From Octopus vulgaris (Eukaryota): DNA of 64,000 bases. Shown here one piece after another: positions 11,725-24,041 of this stretch (positions within the stretch are counted from its first letter, which is position 1; every line of letters starts with the position of its first letter). The position numbers and the translations under genes are program-made. Under the pieces are notes generated by a model that did no database searches, was not told where the DNA came from, and saw only the letters and a list, made by a program, of their open reading frames with translations. The stretch covers positions 24,428,001 to 24,492,000 of the forward strand of contig OX597829.1 of NCBI GenBank assembly GCA_951406725.2, written 5' to 3'.

Positions 11725-12120
11725 CCCTTTAGCATTCAGATCAGTTTGTCAAATATAAAGCTTATTTATTCCTGATCTTTTGATTTAATCATGCATTATC
11801 TTGTTACTTTGAGATTTCAATTTTAGTAAGACATCGTAGGGTAGGTGTAAGAGACTGTATTTGACCAGTTTAAACATATGACAAATAGAATGTTTTGGCT
11901 GGAAGGCGGTGAGCTGGCAGAAGTGTTAGCACGCCGAGTGAAATGCTTAGCGGTATTTTGTCTGTTGTTACATTCTGAGTTCAAATTCCACCGAGGTCGA
12001 CTTTGCCTTTCATCCTTTTGGGGTCGATGTAATCAACTTAATCCCTTTGTCTGTCCTTGTGGGCAATAAAGAAATAAATAGAATGGTTTGGCTGGAATGG
12101 CTGGGTAAAATGCTAAAGGG
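11725..12120. mobile_element. piggyBac-type MITE (CCCTTTAGCATT TIR family) with a nested SINE
   Basis: TTAA|CCCTTTAGCATT...AATGCTAAAGGG|TTAA. A SINE at about 11905-12075 is flanked by the duplicated AAATAGAATG(T/G)TTTGGCTGGAA. Other copies at about 25085-25305, 29270-30870 and 39961-40180. Confidence 0.8.
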
Positions 12121-12296
12121 TTAATGATGGAATCTAGTAAAAGAATAATCATCTTCCATGTGCAGAATTGCAGTTTTAAGCTAACCATATGGTTTCAGAT
12201 TCAGTCTCACTATGTGGCACCTTGGACAAGTATTTTCTACTATAGTCTCAGGCCAACCAAAGCCTTGTGAGTGGATTTGACAGATGGAAACTGAGC

Positions 12297-12816
12297 TATG
12301 GTACGACCACACTTGGAATTCGCATCATCAGTTTGGAACCCCTATCTTGCACAGAACATTGACCTCCTGGAATCTGTCCAGAGACGTGCAACCAAACGCA
12401 TACCCTCCATCAGACACCTACCATATTCTGAGCGCCTTGTTTCCCTGGGCATGGATTCACTGAAGCTCCGGCGTTTGGCGACGGACTTGGTAAACACCCA
12501 CAAAGTTATCAACCACCTCACCAACAACAACACTGAACACCTTTTTGATCTCCATGTGTCTAACACACGTGGACATGCCTACAAAGTCAGAAAACAATAC
12601 AGCTCCCATGACTTTCGGAAACATTTTTTCACGCTCAGAGTTGCTGAAGCATGGAATAAACTGCCTGCGTCAGTTGTTGACTGCCATGACACTGCATCTT
12701 TTAAGGCCCTCATGCTTTCCGAAATCCGCCGAAACTTCACCTGATTATATATACACTTTAGATGAGTTGTAGTGCACCTGAGCACTGTACACAATTATTA
12801 TTATTATTATTATTAT
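12297..12816 (+). mobile_element. CR1/L2-clade LINE 3' fragment inserted in a SINE
   Basis: VRPHLEFASSVWNPY...LESVQRRATK...YSERL...LKLRRL...FFTLRVAEAWNKLP with an (ATT)n tail. It splits the SINE motif GGAAACTGA|AGAAGCCTGTCG. An older copy lies at about 56300-56660. Confidence 0.88.
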
Positions 12817-13500
12817 AGAAGCCTGTCGTCTTTGTGTAGGAATTACTGTTTCTTTGCTTTGATTTCATATAATATTTGTAAATGTCACAGTTATGTAAGA
12901 GCTGTCCTTTGCTTCCAGTCTTCTGTGAAACCATATCTGGTCATCAGAAAAAATTTCCTTAGTTAGAAGCAAGTGAAGGTCGGTCTCAACAATTTCTGTC
13001 TGACCCACACAATTATGGAAAAATGGATATTAAAACAACAAGGATATGACTGTTTGGTCATGTAAATGTGGTACAAATTAAGTAGAACAAGAAGTCTGTG
13101 AAACCAAGGACTAGAGAATTGAGAATTGTTATGTCAAAGACTCAATTGTAGAATGGTACTTGAAACAATGAAGGAGCCTCTATGTGGTCATACAGCTTTT
13201 CTAGAAATAACAGCTGAATCTTATACTCCAATTCTTAAAAACAGGAATGAAAAGACATTGGAGAATATAGTCACATATATATACAAAAATGACAGGTTGG
13301 ATAAGTTTGGAACACCTTTAATTACAGGGTTGCTTATTCAGAACAACACCTTCACTGATCCACAAGGTGTTAGTTCCAACCTTGTGGTGATACAAATACA
13401 ACAACAACTACAAAAAACCCTATTGGTTAAGCAATAGGGATACAACTATATTTGCATGCACGCACACACACACACACAAACATACACATAGAGTAATTAC

Positions 13501-13643
13501 CATTGTTGGGGTTCTAGAGGTTTCTTGATCAGGTGAATCAGTTGTAGGACTGGAAATTAGAGTGTTCACATTCAAATTAACCCCATAATTGACTGCCATG
13601 ATCTTTCGAAGCTTTTGCAGAGCCCACATTCTCTGCTGTGCAC
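13501..13643 (-). CDS. HERC2: HERC2 exon
   Basis: tccag|GT...ATG|gtaatt. AQQRMWALQKLRKIM matches recalled ASHRMWALQRLRKLL. 143 nt, phase 1-0. Confidence 0.92.
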
Positions 13644-14462
13644 CTGGAATTGTATTCAAAGGAGAAACAATAATTACAATGAAACAATATCACCCTTTAT
13701 TTTTATGAAGAACTCTAATTTTCAAAGTCAGCATAAAATGTGTATATGAAATATTGCCTCTATAAAGCAGAAATTTGAGTAGAAACTATTACACTAACCT
13801 TTCAATATTAATATTCTAAAGAAACACAGTTATGCTTTATTAATGTAGCCATTCAGTCTACTCCTAAAATGCTGAAGAATACATAAACCCAACACATCAT
13901 CTTAAACCATTGATTTCTGTAACAATTCTAGTTATTTTGAGGGAATGAGTGACAAGCCCAATGTTCACTGCCCTCTCTCTTTCTCCCAAACAAGAGAGGT
14001 ACCCTACTATTGTATTTTACTCCGCTCTCTCTCTTTCGGAGAGGCACTGAGCAGCTATACGCATACATACACACACGGCAGTAACTTTCACCTAACCGAA
14101 TTCAATCACAAAGCTCCGGTCGGCTCGGGGCTATAGTGGAAGACACCTACCCAAAGTGCCACGCAGTGGGACTGAACCCGAAACCATGTAGCTAGGAAGC
14201 AAGCTCCCTAACCACACAGCCATGCCCGTCATTGTATTATAACACTCATCAATATTATAGTGTGGTGTACAGTAACAAATTATACCACCCTGTGGTTCCA
14301 CATTATAGACAGGTGGACTGGACTGTTAATAGTTACATATCTTGGCCTTACATACAAATATGTCTGTGTACGAGGCCGAGATATGTAACTTTCAATAACC
14401 TAGTACACCTATTAGTAATAGAATATCGTATGTGTGTGCATACATGTATGTATGTGTGGTAC

Positions 14463-14497
<35 letters not shown>

Positions 14498-14577
14498 ATA
14501 AATATTAGGGAATAAATCCAAACTTACAGGGAAAAATCAGATTTAGGATTGAATCCAATTTATAGTAAAATATTATA

Positions 14578-14729
14578 TTATATAAATTAGAGACAAAACC
14601 ACTATTATGCAAATCAAACAAAGAAAGACTTAATCCAATACATATAATAATATAAATTAATTTATGTATTGGATTAAGTCTTTCTTTGTTTGATTTGCAT
14701 AATAGTGGTTTTGTCTCTAATTTATATAA
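14578..14729. repeat. Perfect inverted repeat (about 67-bp arms)
   Basis: TTATATAAATTAGAGACAAAACC...CCAATACATA (14578-14644) is the reverse complement of 14663-14729. Confidence 0.85.
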
Positions 14730-15174
14730 CATATATATATATACATACATACACGCACACAAATATGCATGACCATGTAATCAGTAATCCAGTAACCTTA
14801 TATAACACTAACTTTATAAGAATTATTGGAATTTCAAATATAATAAAACTGAACTGTTTTCCTAAACTACGTCAGGGTGAAAACTGTCAATAGTTTAAAA
14901 ATAGTTTAATGTCAATAGTTTAAAAAGTATATCAAGTAAGAAAATGCCATTGATTTAGGGCAATCAGTATTCTAACTAATTAGTAATTAGTTTATTTGCT
15001 TGTAACAATTTTTATATAAAACAACAACTTAGGATTTCTGATAAAAATAAATTTGTAAATATTCAAAATTTTTACTTAATATTTTATAAATGATAATATC
15101 TAAAGCTACTTATCTAATGACTGCAAATGAAGCTTTGTGGATTTCTTACTCTCATTCAAAGAATACACTTTATA

Positions 15175-15398
15175 TTGGGTTGTCTGGAAAGTTCGTGCCG
15201 ATTTTTAAAGGCAAGAAAAAGGTCAATAAATACTTGCCATTACATTTTTAATCAACCAAATATGAACCATTTGTTGCACAATGTGTCTCCATCTTTCCTT
15301 TAACTTGAAAATACCCTCTTCCCAGAATTGAGGTGCCTGGGACGGTAAGTCAAAAGGTAAGTTACTATAAATTGGCAAGAACTTTCCGGACAACCCGA
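15175..15398 (-). mobile_element. mariner-derived deletion element (MITE)
   Basis: TA|TTGGGTTGTCTGGAAAGTTC...GAACTTTCCGGACAACCCGA|TA. Internal minus-strand PQFWEEGIFKLKERWRHIV is the mariner transposase C-terminus. Confidence 0.8.
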
Positions 15399-15471
15399 TA
15401 AAAGAAAAAAGAATTTTTTTTTTTTTTCAGAATAACATTAGTTAAAGAGAAAGCTGAATGTCTGTACTAAC

Positions 15472-15762
15472 CTAAAGAGCTCAGTTGAGCACATGCTGCC
15501 AGAGCAGCAGCTAGTCTAGGTACAATGCTGCAGTCAGAACTAGCATCCAGTTCCAAATCAAGAAGACAAATAACCAAATCTATAGAAGGCCGGGAAAGAA
15601 CAGTTCTGTCAGTTAACATATCCATAGGTGCTGCAGTTGGCATGATTGGGTAAACAGTAAATCTCCAACCCCAACCGTTAACAGAACCATCACTAGTAAA
15701 CTTCCACCGTAGTTCGTCTCCAGGAATTCTCAGTTCTGTTGACCAATCAGACCATTCCCTGC
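15472..15762 (-). CDS. HERC2: HERC2 exon
   Basis: ttcag|GC...TTAG|gttagt. [41 protein letters not shown]...[16 protein letters not shown]. 291 nt, phase 1-1. Confidence 0.96.
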
Positions 15763-16406
15763 CTGAAATAAAAAAAACAAAAACAATAATGATGATTTCT
15801 TTTATAATAACAACAACAACAACAATAATTGTTTCGCATAAGCACAAAGGCCTGAAACTGTTTCTCATGGGCACAGTGCCTGAAATTGCTTTTTTCATAG
15901 GCACAAGGCCTGAAATTTTGGGGGTTGGAGTAGTCAGTTACATTGACTTTAGTACTTGACTGATTCTTTATCAGTTTTTCACGATTGCTAGAAGTAAGCT
16001 TTGGGGGAACTAAGACAGCAACTCAGTGAACCTCATTTACATTGCTAATGTGAAGGTGCATGACCTAGTGCTAAATTGTGGGTTCAATTCCCCAACTGGG
16101 TGGTGCATTGTGTTCTTGAGCAAAACATTTCTTTTCATGTTGCTCCAGAGAATGTTGGCCTGCTTGCCTAGCCAGTTGGGTAGCATCGTTTGAAGGCTAA
16201 ACAATGGAAAAAAGTGCATTGTGACCAGTGATGTGTAACAACATCAGATAGCCTGGTTGGACAGGTAGTGTGTGATCACGTGACATTGCTAATATGGTTT
16301 GGAAAGGTATGAATGACACATTTTTGAAAAAAAAAGTTTTATATTTCATCAGGTCCCTATAAAATTGGTCTTGTACATAGTGAAAAGAAATTTGTATATT
16401 TTATAC

Positions 16407-16514
16407 CTGATCGTACAGAAACAGTTCTTCCAGAACCATCCATAATGGTCAATGGATCATGTCGTCGTTCTGTTGAACACAAGCGGTCAAACTCAACTCG
16501 TAAACATTCAGCGC
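16407..16514 (-). CDS. HERC2: HERC2 exon
   Basis: tacag|GC...TCAG|gtataa. AECLRVEFDRLCSTERRHDPLTIMDGSGRTVSVRS. 108 nt, phase 1-1. Confidence 0.94.
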
Positions 16515-16939
16515 CTGTATTTTTGGTAATTTTAAAAAAATAAAAAAAAATAAAGCAAACAATTATTTCGAATTTTAAAACAATATTAAATATATTCAAA
16601 TGTTTTAAACAGACATAATTAACCCAGAAATATGATAATCTGAAGTATTTAATTGCTAATTTCAACACTTTACCAATTTATATTTAGTTTTTGTAATTAA
16701 CCATGGAAGTATACCTTTCACTTTAATTATTTAATCTGAGAAAAAGGAACAGCATCAGTTGACTTTAGTGGTCCTTCCAACCAGATATGACTAATGTTGT
16801 TGATCATAGTTAGGGGCTATTTATGTTTATAAAATCTTAAGTGTTCATAGGTGAACTATTTCTAGATTCTGATGAGAAATCTAAATTTTCAATGTAGGCT
16901 TGTCTGTGTAGATAAGAAAATACTGCAAGAGATTCTTAC

Positions 16940-17310
16940 TACTTCTGTGTCTCTGCTACATATGGAATGTATGTTCCCTGCCAGCCAGCCTGTGATACCA
17001 CTACATGCCTTGTACATCCATAGTTTACATTAGTACATTGTATGAAATTTCTTCCAATTCTTTTTCTACATATCATCAAAGCATTTTCCCTGACAGTAGC
17101 AGGGTCCTGTCCTACTTACTAAAATTTTAGTCTTTGTCTGGAATTTCTCCAAATCTACTATAGATTTGACCTTAAGAACTAAGTCATCAACATACAAGAG
17201 TTCCCATAACATTGAAATCGTTTTATTGCTTGGAACACTAAAATATTAATGAATGAAAAGAAGAGTAATCCTTGACGGATATCTGCCTGTATGCTAAACT
17301 CATTGCTGAT
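16940..17310 (-). mobile_element. Old degenerate RTE RT fragment
   Basis: Minus-strand remnants SNEFSIQADIRQG and WELLYVDDLVL resemble the RT at 8240-8390. Confidence 0.55.
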
Positions 17311-17906
17311 TGTATTTTTGTGCACGTGAGGGCCTCACAAGCTATTCATCTTTTCTTAGTTATCTTAATAACCATAAGATTATAGATTATTGCACCTTAT
17401 TTGAGGCCCTGTCCACGTGAATGGCTATTAGTTTTAGGGAGCTTATTTTTAGCTATATATCTCAGGAATGTGATACCAAAACTGAACTCTGGCTGATTTG
17501 AACATAAAACAGGTAGAATATTCTGGCCAGATATGGCCGATTTAAATGCTAAAGGGTTAATCATCTATCTGCTTGCTCCTGATGAGCAAGTTGCCTTCTT
17601 AGTTTTTATATCCTTAATTGTACTTGTGTAACAATACTGCATCAACTTAAATGGCTTGGTCCCTCAGTAGGACCTAGTTAAGGTGCACACTTCTCTTCCA
17701 TGGTACTATCTCAAGTAAAAGAAAAAAAAAAGATACTGGGTGATGTATATTGTGTATATAAAAGATTGATAGTTATGGTTGGAAAATATATGATTGTAGG
17801 TCTGCTGGGATCAGGGTTGACGTGGAGGTAAACAACAAGAGCAACAACAGTATTTCAGTTAATTAAGAACAAAAACAAAAGTATTTTGTTAATGAAAATC
17901 ACTGAC

Positions 17907-18060
17907 CAGGTATTTTCACATGGCCTGATAGTGATAGGTCATCTGAATAATGATGTGGACTCTCTTGTACAACAGGTTGTGGTAAAGTACGTCCAGATTC
18001 AGTATCAGCAGCCACATCTTCCAGTTCTGTGACACACAGTTCCAGCAACATCTCTGCAAC
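17907..18060 (-). CDS. HERC2: HERC2 exon
   Basis: tgcag|GTT...CCTG|gtcagt. VAEMLLELCVTELEDVAADTESGRTLPQPVVQES...VKIPG. 154 nt, phase 0-1. Confidence 0.94.
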
Positions 18061-18561
18061 CTGCACAATAGAAATAAATTTTTCACACACATAAACAAAA
18101 AAAGGAGAAAACTGAATTTAATCTATTTCCAAAGGAATCGTGAAATTTATAGCCACAGATTCTGAGAGCTTTTCCTAACTGAGGTGCTAAACAATGTACT
18201 GTAACTTAAGATATATTGACCAATTCAACAAAGTTACTCTGCATGAGGCAACAAACTATACACAATGGTTGTCTGTTAACAGTTATATGGACTGGGCTTC
18301 TAGTAGTTGGAATATTTCGGTCAAGAGCAAATCAGCAATAGTGTGAAAATATAAAATCTCTCTCTGTCACATACACAGACAGTTTTAGTGTACACTACAC
18401 TTACAAGATATACATAACACACTCATACAACAATATCACACACAAACAACAAAATACACATACACACACATGACAATAACATACATAATACAATACACAC
18501 ACATACAAAAATACTCACCAATTTTACCTTGAATTCAACAGACAAGAGCAAAAGAACTTAC

Positions 18562-18861
18562 CTGAGGATACGCCTTGTCAACGGCTTTTAAGATGCCAGC
18601 TAGTGTATCCTTCCCTTTCTCACCGGCTCGATTTGCAACAGCAAGTTTAAGAAGATCAACAAGAACTCTTGCATCGTCAGCAGTCAGTTTGCTGGTGAAC
18701 TCATCGAGGCCTTCGGGATAAGCTGGCTTTACGATTTCCAAAGTACTCGTTACTTGATCAGGTGAGGTAAATGTCTCAGCAATTATGCTAGTTGCAGGGG
18801 AAACTTTTGCAGCCAAACTGTGCATACTTGGAAAAGATGATATTTCTCCAGGACAAAATGT
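18562..18861 (-). CDS. HERC2: HERC2 exon
   Basis: tacag|ACA...CAG|gtaagt. SIIAETF...LDEFTSKLTADDARVLVDLLKLAVANRAG...AYPQ. 300 nt, phase 0-0. Confidence 0.92.
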
Positions 18862-19103
18862 CTGTAATAATAAGTTTAATAAGATGGATACATACATTAT
18901 ATATATATATGAATGCACCACCCACACACATATATATATGTATATGCATACACATTTATATATATGTATGTATACACATGCACATATATTAAAGACATTT
19001 AATTACAAAGTAGCAAAAAAATAAAAATATAGACCAGCATTCAATTCCTAAGTATCTATCCCAAGTTTCAATATTTGTACATATGTCTGAATACATGTGT
19101 GAG

Positions 19104-19138
<35 letters not shown>

Positions 19139-19996
19139 ATACACATAAATGTGTGTGTCTTAGTATGCATATAGGTACAGAATGAGTTTATAAAAAGGTT
19201 TAATTTACAATCATTATTCCTGGATTTCAGTCACAAACCACGAAGTCTTGGAAGAGTGTTTTTCTACCATGGCCTCAAGATGAACTTAAGTACTGAGAGT
19301 AGAATCTGAACAGATGGAAATTCTATAGAAGCTTGTTTATTGAATGGACTGTATATGCAATTCAAATATATATGGCCATCATGCTGGTTCTATCTTAGAA
19401 TTATCTAAGTTCAACTGTCTGGAATATTTAGTGGGTTCCATTCATTGAACACAGTCAAAGCCGAAGAGTGTGTGTGTGTATGTGTGTGCGAGCGTGTGCG
19501 TGCACAGGTATCATCACCATCATCTAATGTCAATCTCCTTAGCTGGCATGTTCTGGATGGTATGACAGGATTGAACAGTACAAGGACTGCACAATGCTCC
19601 AATGTTTGTTTTGGCATAGTCTCTATAGCTTCGTGCCATTCCTAACACCAAACATTTTACACTTTACTGAATACAGTGTGAATTTTTTTCATGGCAACAG
19701 TACTAGTGAAGATAGCCTTACAAATTATAAAAACTAAGAGCCTGATGTGGTTCCTCTAATTGAGAAGGAATAGAAGAGTGGGTGAGGATTTTAAATGGGT
19801 GATCAGGGAGGGTATATAAGAAGAAAGGATGGGGGAGTATGGCAGTGATCAGGAGAGACGGAAGGGATTAGTGATAGGGTTGTGTAAGGGGTGGGTGTAC
19901 CTAGGATCATCTAGTATTATAAGAAACAGCATCAGTTTATAAAAGTGGAAAAAAAACAAAGCAAACAAAAAACAAACAAACAAAAAAAAAACTTAC

Positions 19997-20216
19997 GTCT
20001 GAATGAGAGGAATCTACCATTGCTGTGGAATCTCGTTCAGATAATGCTGCCATTGTAGGAGTAGAGTGAACAGTTGGTGCCAGTTCTTCTGTAGTACCAA
20101 TTGATGCTAACATGACAGGTGAGGACTGGTGAAACTGAGCTGAACGTTGATTTTCCAGGCAACTGCTGGGATTCACGGCTTGAACTTCTTTCATTAATGA
20201 TCCAACTATTGCATCT
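19997..20216 (-). CDS. HERC2: HERC2 exon
   Basis: ttgtag|A...GAC|gtaagt. DAIVGSLMKE... matches recalled DAVVGALM. 220 nt, phase 2-0. Confidence 0.88.
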
Positions 20217-20290
20217 CTACAACAAGTATAACAACAACAGTAAATATCACCACCACCACCACCACCACCATTACCAGTATCACCACCACC

Positions 20291-20346
<56 letters not shown>

Positions 20347-21856
20347 TGATGATGGTTTCAAATTTTGGCACAAGGCCAACAGTTTCAAGAGAGGGGATGG
20401 GTTGATTACATTGACCCCCAGTGTTCAACTGGTACTTATCTCATTGACTCCGAAAGGATAAAAGACAAAAGTCAACTTCGGCAGAATTTGAACTCAGAAC
20501 ATAGTGACAGACAAATTATTGGTAAGCATTTCATCCAGCACGCTAACAATTCTGCCAGCTCGCCACCTTACTATTATTATTATTATTATTATTATTAATA
20601 ATAATAATAATAATAATAATCAGTGTGCTAATGGTTCGGCCTATTTGCCACCCTAATAATTATGATGATGATGAATATTATATTGTAATATATAAGTTAT
20701 TAAATCATCATCATCATCATTTAATGTCCATTCTCCATGCTGGCATGAGTTTGATGGTTTGATGGTAGCTTGGAGGTCTGCACCAGGCTTCATCGTCTGT
20801 TCTGGCAGAGTTTCTACAGCTGAATGCCCTTCCTAATGCCAACCACTTTACAGAGTGTTTTTATTTGTTCCTTCTCAAGCCATGCCTGGCTCATAAGAGC
20901 TGGTTTCCCGGTTTCCTTAGTGTATAGGTTCCCCACCTGGATGGGACGCTGGTCTGTCGCAGGTGAGCTGCAAGATGCAGGAGGAAAGAGTGAGAGAAAG
21001 TTGTGGCGAAAGAGTCAGCAGAAGTTCGCCATTACCTTCTGCCGGAGCTGCGTGGAGCTTAGGTGTTTCACTCATAAACACACACATCGCCCTGTCTGTG
21101 ATTCGAACCTGCGACCTCTCAACCGCAAGTCCACTGCTCTAACCACTAGGCCATGTGCCTCCACTACTTCACAGAGTGTACTGGGTGCGTTTTACATGGC
21201 ATTGGCACAGGTGTTTTATATGTGGCATTGGCATGGGTGCTTTTCATGTGGCACCAACACCAGCAGGGTCACCAAGTAATTTCCAAGGCAAAAAACACCA
21301 CCAGGATATCAATTCTGCTGTGGTGGACAGGTCTTCTTAGGTACAGCAAGGCACAAGATATCTTGAGCATAGCAAGCAAGAATAATAAAAGAAAGAAATA
21401 TTTATGAATAATCAGTGATTCTGAAATTGGAAACTCCTCATCGTCATCATCATTTAATGTCCATGTTCCATATTGGCACAGGTTGGATGGTTTGACAGAG
21501 ATGGGTCCAAGGACCACACTGTACCCCAATGTCTGCTGTGGCATTATTTCTAGAGCTGGCTGACCTTTCTAATGCTAACCACTTTACAGCATGGACTGGG
21601 TGCCTATTTTTTTTTATACCAGGACTAATAAGGTTGCAATGAGACAGTAACACACAAACATACACACAGGGTGAGAAGTAGTATGAAAGAAGGAAATGGG
21701 GGTGGGGCAAGTTTTTGTAAAGGAGATGCAAAGTTACTCACATTTAGAAGAGACAGAGAAAAATGATCACTAGGGGCTGTGAAGAAATAGATAGTAGAAA
21801 CATAAAAAAAATATATAAAGAAGTCATAATTTGGTGTGAACACTGAAGTCACTCAC

Positions 21857-22025
21857 CTGGCGTATTTGATCTGTAGAGCAGTGAGTATATGGTTCAAAGC
21901 TTGTTGTTTACTGGCATCAGATTCCAAAGAAAGAATGATCTTTGACAAAGATGGTCGTTTCGGTTTGGTAGTAGTTGCAGGAATAACTGAGGATGTTATC
22001 TCATCATTGACTCCTTCATTTAAAC
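21857..22025 (-). CDS. HERC2: HERC2 exon
   Basis: accag|GT...GCCAG|gtgagt. KRPSLSKIILSLESDASKQQALNHILTALQIKYAR. 169 nt, phase 1-2. Confidence 0.92.
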
Positions 22026-22634
22026 CTGGTATGAAATTAATTAAAGGGGGAAAAAAATATTAATTGATTTAAGTACAAAAACAAATGCTTTTGTTTTTAA
22101 GCAATAAAATGAAAATGGTTTCACTACTGTTCTTATGTCTTTTTTTAAATCAAGAACAGCAACAATGATGATGATGCCCAGCAGAACCTCTAAGACTGGT
22201 GGGAAGAGAGGATGAGAGAAACCACAATTCATGGCTTGTGGCAAAACTCCACTTCAGTCCTTGCAAATAACCCAGCTTTGAATCATCATACTCATTATTA
22301 TTATTAGTCTTAGTCAGGAAGTAAGAGTTGTGTTCATAATCCATTAAAAGGCCAGTAAAACTTGAGGGAGGAAGGGAGGAAAACATGCTTAAAACTAGAT
22401 GCCTTCACTGAGTGCTTTCCATAGAGTGGATTCAACTAAAAACATACAAGGTTCAGATGATGGTAAGCAATGGATTAAGTCTAATATCATCATTATCATC
22501 ATCATTTAACGTCTGCTTTCCATGCTGGTATGGACTGGACAGTTTGACTGAGGACTGGCAAGCTGGGAAGCTGAACCAGGCTCCAATCTGATCAATACCC
22601 CATATAAAATCTTTTATGATTTATCTTTTACTTG

Positions 22635-23368
22635 TTTACATGATTTATATTTGATGGATATTTGTCCTCACCTTGTTTGCTGTTAACAACAACATTTCAG
22701 CTGATATACTCTCCAGCCTTGGGGAAATTTCGAACCTGGGTTCTCATTCCTAAGGTATTTTTCAATGTTATTATTATTCAGGTCACTGCTTGGAATTGAA
22801 CTTGGAATCTTATGCCATATGCCTGTAGGCAATTATGGAGTGAATTTTAGGGCTTATAAATCTAATATGGAAAAATAGAGACCACCTCCCCTGTGAGATA
22901 AAGTTAAAATAATAGACAGAGAACACCACTGGAAAATACAAAAACTAAAAGAAGCAGCACATATGCTAGGACACAACCTCCTAAGCAGATGGAGTGCAGA
23001 TATGAATAGCATATGTGAACCGGTATTAAGGAAGGATAGGAGAATATTAGATTTATAAGCCCTAAAATTCACTCCATAATTGTCCACGGGTATATGACAT
23101 AGTGCTTAAGAGCATGCGCTACTAACCTCAAGATTCCGAGTTTGATTCCAGGCAGTGACCTGAATTAAGACAATAAGAATAATATTGAAAAATACTTTAG
23201 GAATGAGAACTCCGGTTTGAAATTTCCTCAAAACACCTGATGAAGGCTGGCAAATATATCAGCCGAAACATTGTGTTAACATGAAACAAGATGAGGACAA
23301 AAATCCATCAAATGTAAGTAATGTAAATGATGCACATAATTCCTCATCTCTTGAATATAGAACTGTAT
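22635..23368 (+). mobile_element. Fold-back Penelope-derived element (GIY-YIG tail between inverted tRNA-head/hammerhead repeats)
   Basis: Inverted arms at about 22635-22868 and 23044-23320. The spacer encodes a degenerate DHLP..DKVKIIDREHHWKI.KLKEAAHMLGHNLLSR. The right arm contains an A/B-box tRNA-like stretch and CTGATGA...GAAA at 23237-23268. Confidence 0.75.
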
Positions 23369-23815
23369 TATCTTTTATTTGTTTCAGTCATTAGACAGCA
23401 GCCATGCTGGGGCACCACTTTGAAAAACTTTTAATTGAATGAATCAACCTCAGTACTCACTTTTTTTAAAGCTTGGTATTTACTCTAGAAGTCTCCTCTT
23501 GCTGAACTGCTAAGTTATGGGGGCAAAAACAAACCAACACCAGTTGTCAAGCAGTGGTAGGGGACTAACACAGATACAAAGACACACACACACACACACA
23601 CATGATAGGCGTCTTTCAGTTTCATCAACCAAATCCATGCACAAGGCTTTGGTTGGCCCGAGGCTATTGCAGAAGACACTTGCCCAAGGTGCCACAGTGG
23701 GACTGAACGCGGGACCATGCGGTCGGGAAGCAAGCTTCTTACCACACAGCCATACCTGCGCCTATTTTTTACAAAACAAATCAAATCAAAATAAAATTAA
23801 ATTCAACAGTTTTAC

Positions 23816-24041
23816 CTAAGAGTGTAGAACCAAGAGGATCTCGGGAAGCAGAAAAAAGTACAGGTTCATGAGTTGTTGGTGCAGCAAGATCTGTGGTTGC
23901 CCATGCAATGCTATGAGAAGAACCACATGCAACTTTAGTTATTTTGAAACTTTCCAGTCCGTGAACGAGAGCTGGTTTTCTATTGACAGTGGTGGTTCCA
24001 TTTCCTTGCTGTCCATGGTCATTATCTCCCCATGCATAAAC
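23816..24041 (-). CDS. HERC2: HERC2 exon; last RLD2 repeat
   Basis: ttcag|GTT...TTAG|gtaaaa. [23 protein letters not shown]...[11 protein letters not shown]...[14 protein letters not shown]. 226 nt, phase 0-1. Confidence 0.95.

Noticed and set aside
19937-20428. Poly-Ile/poly-Gly tract as part of HERC2
   Set aside because: It lies upstream of the acceptor at 20217-20218. The phase-compatible exon is only 19997-20216.
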